DNA from: Candidatus Aldehydirespiratoraceae bacterium
Lineage (GTDB): Bacteria > Actinomycetota > Acidimicrobiia > Acidimicrobiales > Aldehydirespiratoraceae
Reading direction: 5' to 3'
Length of the DNA: 64,000 nt
Assembly (NCBI GenBank): GCA_965249055.1
Contig: CBDFKX010000002.1
Span: forward strand, 3,212,134 to 3,276,133
The notes beneath the pieces were generated by a model. That model saw only the letters and a list, made by a program, of their open reading frames with translations, did no database searches and was not told the DNA's origin. Every line of letters begins with the position of its first letter. Positions within the stretch are counted from its first letter, which is position 1. Shown piece by piece: positions 57,030-64,000 of the stretch. Position numbers and translations under genes: made by a program.

Positions 57030-59312
57030 ATGTCGGTTGCAGCAAGCACACCAATCGAACTTGTCAAAGGGGTGTACGCCACACTCGACCAGCGGATCGG
57101 CGAAGCCCGCATACGATTCGGCAGGCCGTTGACGCTTGCCGAGAAGATCTTGGTCAACCACCTCGACCGGCCTGATCAAGAACTTGAGCGAGGCGAGTCC
57201 TACGTCGACTATCGACCCGACCGTGTTGCGATGCAGGACGCCACCGCGCAGATGGCCTGGCTCCAGTTCATGACCACCGGACTTGATGAAGTCGCGGTGC
57301 CGACCACCACCCACTGCGACCATCTCATCCAAGCCCGCCAGGACGGCAAAACAGATCTCCTCGCCGCGGTCGACACCAACAAAGAGGTTTACGACTTTCT
57401 GGAATCGGTATCGGCCAAGTACGGCGGAGGGTTCTGGAAGCCCGGTTCGGGAATCATTCATCAGGTCGTACTCGAACAGTACGCCTTCCCTGGGGCCATG
57501 ATCGTCGGTACCGACAGCCACACCCCCAACGGCGGAGGCATCGGCATGGTGGCGGTCGGCGTCGGCGGCGCCGACGCCGTTGATGTGATGACCGGTTCAC
57601 CATGGAACAGCAAATGGCCGATGCTCATCGGCGTCAAGCTGACCGGTTCTCTCAATGGCTGGGCCGCCCCCAAAGACGTGATCTTGAAAGTGGCCGAGAT
57701 TCTCACCGTCAAGGGCGGGACCGGCGCGATCGTCGAGTATTTCGGGGATGGTGCCGCATCCTTGAGTTGCACAGGCAAAGCCACCATCTGCAACATGGGT
57801 GCCGAAATCGGTGCCACCACTTCCGTGTTTGCCTACGACGACGCCGTAGCCCGCTATTTGAAGAGTACAGGGCGCGAAGAGATCGCCGATGCGGCGAACT
57901 CAGTCGCACACCACCTTCGTTCTGACGACGAAGTGTTCGACAACCCGGCCAATTTCTATGACCGAGTGATCGAGATTGATCTCGACAAGCTCACACCGCA
58001 CATCAACGGCCCTCATACTCCAGACCTTGCCCGTGAGGTGGCCGAACTTGGTGAGGAGGCCGAAGCCAACGGCTGGCCCCTTGAAATCAGTGCCGCGCTG
58101 ATTGGCAGTTGCACCAACTCTTCGTACGAAGACATCACCCGCGCGGCTTCGATCGCTCGTGCCGCAGCAGCGAGGGGACTCAAGGCCAAAACACGGCTGC
58201 TGGTCACTCCTGGCTCTGAACAGGTACGGGCCACGATCGTGCGCGACGGTCTGCTAGCGGACTTCGAGGCGCTGGGTGCAACCGTGCTTGCCAACGCCTG
58301 CGGTCCCTGCATCGGCCAGTGGGACCGCTCCGAGGAATCGGGTCACCAGCGAGGTGTTCCCAACGTGATCGTAACGTCCTACAACCGCAATTTCCCCAAA
58401 CGCAACGACGGAGACGCCCAGACACTGGCTTTCGTCACCTCGCCAGAAACGGTAATCGCCTTGTCGCTCGCTGGCACGCTCGACTTCGATCCGATCAACG
58501 ACACGATCACCAATGGCGCTGGCGAGGAAGTGTCGCTTGCGACGCCTATCGGTCTTGAACTGCCTGAAGCGGGCTTCGATCCGGGTGACAACAAATTCGT
58601 TGCCCCACCGAGCGACCCGTCCAACATCGTCGTGGCGGTGTCTCCCACCTCAGATCGGCTTCAGCTTCTCGAAGCGTTCAAACCCTGGGACGGCAACGAC
58701 TACGAGGATCTCGCCGTCTTGGTCAAGGCGAAAGGAAAGTTCACCACCGACCACATTTCAATGGCAGGGCCGTGGCTGAAGTACCGCGGCCATCTGGAGA
58801 ACATTTCTGGGAATCTTTTTGCCGGAGCTGTCAACGCCTTCGACGGATACGAGGTCGGGCACGGTAAAAGCCAACTCGACGGTTCGGTCAAGGCTTTCCC
58901 CGAACTCGCCAAGGACTACCACGAAGCTGGCGTCCGCTGGGTGGTGATCGGCGACGAGAACATGGGTGAGGGATCAAGCCGTGAGCATGCTGCCATGGAA
59001 CCCCGCTTTCGCAACGGTGTGGTGGCTATCGCACGGAGCTTTGCTCGCATCCACGAAACCAACCTCAAAAAGCAGGGCATGTTGCCGCTGACCTTCGCTG
59101 ACCGCTCGGACTACGACCGCATCGGCGAAAATGATCGAATCGCGGTGCGGGGTCTGGCCGAGTTGGCCCCAGACACGCAAGTAACCGTCGAGGTGACTAC
59201 TCCCGATGGCGACACCTGGGCTTTTGCAGCCAACCACACCTTCTCCGCCGATCAAATTGAGTGGTTCAAAGCCGGTAGTGCTCTCAACATCATCCGCCAG
59301 AACCTCGCCTGA
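57030..59312 (+). CDS. acn: aconitate hydratase (mitochondrial-like type)
   Basis: [44 protein letters not shown]. Confidence 0.95.
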   Translation: MSVAASTPIELVKGVYATLDQRIGEARIRFGRPLTLAEKILVNHLDRPDQELERGESYVDYRPDRVAMQDATAQMAWLQFMTTGLDEVAVPTTTHCDHLIQARQDGKTDLLAAVDTNKEVYDFLESVSAKYGGGFWKPGSGIIHQVVLEQYAFPGAMIVGTDSHTPNGGGIGMVAVGVGGADAVDVMTGSPWNSKWPMLIGVKLTGSLNGWAAPKDVILKVAEILTVKGGTGAIVEYFGDGAASLSCTGKATICNMGAEIGATTSVFAYDDAVARYLKSTGREEIADAANSVAHHLRSDDEVFDNPANFYDRVIEIDLDKLTPHINGPHTPDLAREVAELGEEAEANGWPLEISAALIGSCTNSSYEDITRAASIARAAAARGLKAKTRLLVTPGSEQVRATIVRDGLLADFEALGATVLANACGPCIGQWDRSEESGHQRGVPNVIVTSYNRNFPKRNDGDAQTLAFVTSPETVIALSLAGTLDFDPINDTITNGAGEEVSLATPIGLELPEAGFDPGDNKFVAPPSDPSNIVVAVSPTSDRLQLLEAFKPWDGNDYEDLAVLVKAKGKFTTDHISMAGPWLKYRGHLENISGNLFAGAVNAFDGYEVGHGKSQLDGSVKAFPELAKDYHEAGVRWVVIGDENMGEGSSREHAAMEPRFRNGVVAIARSFARIHETNLKKQGMLPLTFADRSDYDRIGENDRIAVRGLAELAPDTQVTVEVTTPDGDTWAFAANHTFSADQIEWFKAGSALNIIRQNLA

Positions 59313-59354
59313 CACAGGCCTTAAGGTTTCGACCTTTGGCGGAGAGTTACAGGT

Positions 59355-60998
59355 CTAGATGAAGATGCGCAAACAGGCATCTCCAGCCCACATGCTGAGG
59401 ACACGCCCTCCGGGGGTCACATCCGACGTCGTTCCGTTGATCACTCCCCCCGAGGCCGGATTCGTCACCGAGAAGAGACCGATTTCCTCGCCTTCTATCG
59501 GCTGGACGACCTCAAACGAGCTTCCGTAGGTCACTTCTAGGAACCCGACCGTTGCCGAAACGCCGAGACCATCTTTGGTGACCAACCCAGTTGGATCGGT
59601 ATGGCCGGAGGCGTACCACTGTCCAAAAGTGCCCGTAGACGCCGGGATGAGCTCGGTGCCATCTCCACTGTTGTCTCCGTTTTCGTCCTCAGTATCACCG
59701 TCGGTAGTGCTTCCGGCTCCAGGATCGGCGGGAACCGCAACTGGCGGGTCCTGCACAAACACCAGCTCTAGTTCATCCCAGCGAACAGAACGCGCGCCTT
59801 GCCCGCAAGCGTCGGTGGTCCGAAAATTCGTTGCGCTGTCGGGATCACCGAGGACAGAGCTGACTTCGTCGATAACGGTGGCCATCGGTTGGTCGAAACG
59901 GACCACGCCGCCAGTGTCGAACTGCAATCCGGTTTCGACAAGAGTTACGGGGCCCGGTGTCCCTACAGCAACCGGAGTAGTGGTGGTTGTTGTCGAGCTT
60001 GTACTGCTGGTGGTCGAAGAGGTGGTGTCGGGAGCCTCGGTAGACCTCGGTTGGGTACTTGAAGGAGCGGTGGTCGGCGCGGTGGTGGCAGGAGTATTCG
60101 TAGTCGGAGGTTCTGTGACAACAGGTGTCGGTTCTGCTGAAAGGGTGGTCTCTGACGGGCGACTGTTGGGCGAGTCGTCACCAGCCAGAAAGATCAATAA
60201 CCCGCCAACAACGCCTACTAGAACAACCAAAGCCAAGGTGATCATGGCCTGGGAAGCCCCGCTACCAGGTTGCTTCTCCGACCTGACGGTCGCGGCTGGC
60301 GGGCCAACCGACCCCATGACCTGTGTTGCACCAAACTCTGGAGGATCCGTAGCCGACAGCTGTTCGGGACTGGGCCGAGCAGGATCGACCAACGACTCAT
60401 CATCGAACACCGAAACCGACTCGGGCCGCGGCACATCGGGGACGGGTACGACAGGGGTCTTCGAGGTGATCGGTTGGCCAAGGTCCTCACGGGTCACGAA
60501 ATGCGCCGAGGACAAACTCCCTGCCCGTGCAGCTCCTGCCGCTAGGACCGCCACACCCGTAACCGACGTGGGTTGTGCCGCTGCAGCCGCACGCGGCACC
60601 ACAATCGTGTCCGCCATCCCCGAAGCCACGCCCGCTTGCACTATTCGATCTCGCGCCGCACCCTGCCAGTCGTCGTCAACTATCACCGCCAAGCGAACTG
60701 GTGTCTTTCCATCAACCGCGGTAGCCCTGCGAATCACAAAGCCCAAGACCGCGGCGAGCGCACCTATTCTGCCTGTCGCCGCTCGTTGCAGGGGATTCGT
60801 GACGCGAGGTCCCTCTGTGACCAGTGCTGCTTCGTCGCCAACCAGCACCGAACTACCCTCGCCTTGGGCTACAACAGCCGCTGCGGCGACATCAGAATCA
60901 CCGAGCACGACCACTCGGGGCGGTTCCACCGATGAAGCGTCGAACCGAACCGCGGTGATATGCGATTCGCTGATGTGCACGCCGAGGGTATCGGTCAT
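59355..60998 (-). CDS. membrane-anchored hypothetical protein (degenerate Hsp70-like N-terminus, Thr-rich stalk)
   Basis: N-term LGVHIS..VLVGDEA..W..AR..AAAA; single TM; Thr/Ser/Pro linker. Confidence 0.6.
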   Translation of the reverse strand: MTDTLGVHISESHITAVRFDASSVEPPRVVVLGDSDVAAAAVVAQGEGSSVLVGDEAALVTEGPRVTNPLQRAATGRIGALAAVLGFVIRRATAVDGKTPVRLAVIVDDDWQGAARDRIVQAGVASGMADTIVVPRAAAAAQPTSVTGVAVLAAGAARAGSLSSAHFVTREDLGQPITSKTPVVPVPDVPRPESVSVFDDESLVDPARPSPEQLSATDPPEFGATQVMGSVGPPAATVRSEKQPGSGASQAMITLALVVLVGVVGGLLIFLAGDDSPNSRPSETTLSAEPTPVVTEPPTTNTPATTAPTTAPSSTQPRSTEAPDTTSSTTSSTSSTTTTTTPVAVGTPGPVTLVETGLQFDTGGVVRFDQPMATVIDEVSSVLGDPDSATNFRTTDACGQGARSVRWDELELVFVQDPPVAVPADPGAGSTTDGDTEDENGDNSGDGTELIPASTGTFGQWYASGHTDPTGLVTKDGLGVSATVGFLEVTYGSSFEVVQPIEGEEIGLFSVTNPASGGVINGTTSDVTPGGRVLSMWAGDACLRIFI

Positions 60999-62407
60999 GA
61001 CCCGTCTCCAGCCCCACTGGACTCACCCTCGCCGCGCCCTGGAGGAAACGTGCGAGCCAACTCTTCTGGGGTCGGATCGTGAGCGACCTTTCCTTGTCGC
61101 GGATGCAGGTCAAAGATTGACGACATCACCAACTCAGTGCCGTCTGCCAAGCCGATGCCATCGGGAAGCCATAGTGCCTCGCCGACCCTGACACGGACTT
61201 TCGGGGGGTGAACAATGCTGAACATGTTAGGAACGCGTGCTGAACGTGGCCACACGTTTTCGGTGCCCCACAACGAGATCGGCACTATCGGCGCGCCAGT
61301 CATGCGTTGCAATCGGACAACACCTGGCCGACCGGTCATCTGGGGATCGAAAAAAGCTCGACCTCGAGGGATAGTTCCCTGCGGCAAGATAACTACCACC
61401 TCACCCGCGTTCAGCGCTTCGGCCGCGGCGACCAGTGGTGCGTCCGAACCGCTACCACGGTCAACGGGTATCGCTCCAAAGGCCGTGACTATCGAGCCGA
61501 TTAGGGGAGCATCAAACATCTCTCGTTTGGACAGGAAGCGAGCCAGGCGACCTCTCTTCGACAAGACCGCCCCCAGCACATACACATCGAAATAGCTGCG
61601 ATGATTGGCAGCAATGATCGCTGGCCCCTGTTCGGGGATGTGTTTGAGCCCGGCGAAATCGAAGCGGGCATAGGGTGCCAGTTCGGGCCGAGCTAGCATC
61701 GCCAGAGCCTTCTGGGGTTCGATACCCGCCAGCTGTGGGACGCCTTCGGGAGAATCGAAGTGGCGCACCGGCCAACGGCGGGCTGTTGCGGCCACTGCCA
61801 GCCTGGGATCGGGGTTTACCGCGACAGGGTGTCCAACTGCTTTGAGCAACGGCAAGTCGTACCAGCTGTCGGAATAGGCGTAGCTTTCGGCCATATCAAT
61901 GCCGTTAGCGTCGGCCCACTCTTGGCTCGCAGCCAGTTTTCCTTTGCCCCAGACATAGTGGCCATCAACTTCACCCTCAAACACCCCGTCGGTGCGGGCG
62001 TAGTGGGTGGCAACGATGTCGTCGAAACCGAGAGCCTCAGCCAAGGGGCGAACCAGGTCATCAGGGCTGGTTGTGGCAATCACGAGCTTCCGGCCCTGGT
62101 TCCGGTGCATTTCCATTTCAGTGCGGGCGTAGGGCAGTACCTCGGTCACGAGTCGTGAAGCTGCGATCTCACCGGCTTCGGCTACGAGTCCGGCATCCCA
62201 TCCCTTCGAGAAACGCACACCCTGTCTAGCCAGCAACATGGAGGGCCTGGTTTCGCCGATGAGATCAAAGATGCCGAACAACAATCCCTCACCGGGGATC
62301 CGGCTCTCCGACAGGACTCCCACCTCTCGCAATGCTTGCGACAACGCTGGTCCCGAAGCCCGGGGCAACAGGGTCCGGTCAAGATCGAAGAAAGCGGCTG
62401 CGCTCAC
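60995..62407 (-). CDS. HAD-IB hydrolase / PlsC acyltransferase fusion
   Basis: FFDLDRTL, YSDSWYD, NHRSYFD, PQGT. Confidence 0.88.
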   Translation of the reverse strand: MSAAAFFDLDRTLLPRASGPALSQALREVGVLSESRIPGEGLLFGIFDLIGETRPSMLLARQGVRFSKGWDAGLVAEAGEIAASRLVTEVLPYARTEMEMHRNQGRKLVIATTSPDDLVRPLAEALGFDDIVATHYARTDGVFEGEVDGHYVWGKGKLAASQEWADANGIDMAESYAYSDSWYDLPLLKAVGHPVAVNPDPRLAVAATARRWPVRHFDSPEGVPQLAGIEPQKALAMLARPELAPYARFDFAGLKHIPEQGPAIIAANHRSYFDVYVLGAVLSKRGRLARFLSKREMFDAPLIGSIVTAFGAIPVDRGSGSDAPLVAAAEALNAGEVVVILPQGTIPRGRAFFDPQMTGRPGVVRLQRMTGAPIVPISLWGTENVWPRSARVPNMFSIVHPPKVRVRVGEALWLPDGIGLADGTELVMSSIFDLHPRQGKVAHDPTPEELARTFPPGRGEGESSGAGDGS

Positions 62408-62516
62408 GGCGAAAGGGTAGCCGGTCAGCGGCAAACAATCGTCGAAAGGCCTCTATCCTCGGGGCCTTTGTGATCGTTGTAACAGTTGCCTCGATTATCT
62501 GGCATCATTATCGGCG

Positions 62517-63449
62517 ATGGACCTCCGCCAACTCCACGCACTCCTCGCTGTCGCCGAGCACCATTCCTTTTCTGCTGCAGCCCGAGCGCTGCACACGGTG
62601 CAGTCCAACATCTCTACCCATGTTGCGCGGCTTGAACGTGAAGTCGGGGCGGTTCTCATCGACAGGGAGCGCAGCGAACTGACAACCGAAGGCGCAGTCG
62701 TCGCCAGTCGTGCCCGACGGATGATCGCAGAGCTTCGAGCCATCGAAGATGATCTGGTCGCCTTGCGTGACGAGTTGAGCGGTTCGGTGCGAGCCGGGGT
62801 TATCGGAACGACGGCTCGCTGGTTGGTTCCCGCGCTGTTGGACGCAGTGACCCAGAAGCACCCTCGTGTCAACCTGCAGATCATGGAAGCGACCACCACC
62901 ACGTTGGTACCACAGTTGCTCAGTGACCGTCTCGACATCGCAGTGGCCAACCTCCCTGTTGTTGATCCCGATATCGATACCGAGCCACTGTTTCTTGAGG
63001 ATCGCATTATTGTTGCGCCACTCGGTCATCCGTTGGCCAACTATCAGCGAGTCGACATCACCGACCTCGCTGATCACGAAATCTTGCTGCCACCCAAGGG
63101 GACCGCTTTTCGCGACGAGATCGACGCCGACGCCCGCCAAGCACGGATCAAACTCGCAATCCGAGCAGAAGTAGACGGATTGCGACTCCTTTCGTCGCTC
63201 GCCTTTCAGGGTTTCGCTCCCGCTCTGGTGCCGGCAAGTGCTGCACCAGCATGGCTGGAAGGCGATTTTCGCAGGGTCCCAGTAGACGGTTTCTCACGAC
63301 GCGAAGTCGGTTTGGCGCTGCGCCGCCGTTTCGCTCCTTCAGCCCCAACCCGAGCCGTTGCCGAACTCATCCGAAGTGTGGTCGCGGTCAACGGCGCTGA
63401 TCAAGGTGGTCTGACTCCTGCGCCGCGCATCGGAGCGGATATCGCATGA
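62517..63449 (+). CDS. LysR-family regulator
   Basis: MDLRQL..SFSAAARALH..QS..LE.EVG. Confidence 0.92.
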   Translation: MDLRQLHALLAVAEHHSFSAAARALHTVQSNISTHVARLEREVGAVLIDRERSELTTEGAVVASRARRMIAELRAIEDDLVALRDELSGSVRAGVIGTTARWLVPALLDAVTQKHPRVNLQIMEATTTTLVPQLLSDRLDIAVANLPVVDPDIDTEPLFLEDRIIVAPLGHPLANYQRVDITDLADHEILLPPKGTAFRDEIDADARQARIKLAIRAEVDGLRLLSSLAFQGFAPALVPASAAPAWLEGDFRRVPVDGFSRREVGLALRRRFAPSAPTRAVAELIRSVVAVNGADQGGLTPAPRIGADIA

Positions 63450-64000
63450 GCAACTATGAGGACGGCGCAGTCGATATCCGGGCGCGTGCCCAAGGATTCG
63501 TGCGGGTGCGTTCAATCAAGTTTGGTGGACGTCGCGTCGTTGAGGTCGATGCCCAAGGAGAGGACCTCGCCGGAGCGCTCTCTCCCTCCGATGGGCACTC
63601 AATCGCTGCGGCCGCCCGCTACAGCCGTGAGCAGCGCCTGCCGTTGTTGATCCGGCTAGCGTCAAGCGGTGCCAATCTGCAACAAGGTGTAGCCGCACTC
63701 GACGGCTGGGGCGGTGCGGCACTTGAACTCACGCGTTGTTCCGGGGTGATCCCAACGATGGTTATCGTTAGCGGGCCGACCGTTTCTGGACCTGCGCTGA
63801 TGCTTGGACTCGCGGACATTGTGGTCATGGTTAGCGACTCTTACGCGTTCGTTTCGGGGCCGGCGATGGTTAAGCAGTTCACCGGTGTTCCTGTCGACGG
63901 CGATGAACTCGGCGGTCCGGATGTCCATGAGAGAATCTCCGGCGTCGCTTCATTTGTGGCCGCCGATATGGCCGAGGCCGAGTCGATCATGGCCGACGCT
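63446..64000 (+). CDS. acyl-CoA carboxylase carboxyltransferase subunit (partial)
   Basis: Manual translation: SSGANLQQGVAALDGWG, GPALMLGLAD, FVSGP, ELGG. Confidence 0.8.
   Translation, partial: MSNYEDGAVDIRARAQGFVRVRSIKFGGRRVVEVDAQGEDLAGALSPSDGHSIAAAARYSREQRLPLLIRLASSGANLQQGVAALDGWGGAALELTRCSGVIPTMVIVSGPTVSGPALMLGLADIVVMVSDSYAFVSGPAMVKQFTGVPVDGDELGGPDVHERISGVASFVAADMAEAESIMADA

Noticed and set aside
59575-61191. 538-aa plus-strand ORF
   Set aside because: Antisense to the better supported minus-strand genes.

Overview
GC-rich actinobacterial DNA. Gene content suggests class Acidimicrobiia, possibly host- or sponge-associated (inference). The left backbone (1-15.4 kb) carries an arylsulfatase, an amidohydrolase, an FNT transporter, a gamma-butyrobetaine/carnitine catabolic operon, a DsbA/FrnE-family gene with an in-frame UGA (UxxC) and a SECIS-like hairpin (probable selenoprotein), an HBHA-like/XRE pair and a frameshifted gabD. 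An IS630 copy and a decayed peptide ABC operon follow. A ~26 kb island (about 18.9-44.66 kb) ends at tRNA-Val(CAC). It holds three toxin-antitoxin modules, each next to a degenerate tRNA-3'-end/serine-recombinase-tail-like motif, IS remnants, and a 20 kb catabolic cluster (BVMO, lactonase, MaoC pair, thiolase-like, DUF35, CoA ligase/transferase, sugar-type ABC). The right backbone carries an amidase, a TetR-linked FAR-HAD / LarA-like / acyltransferase lipid operon, a partially duplicated SigE-type ECF/anti-sigma locus, a structured RNA-like element before aconitase, a HAD-acyltransferase, LysR and a partial carboxyltransferase. All calls come from reading motifs by eye; no database searches were run.
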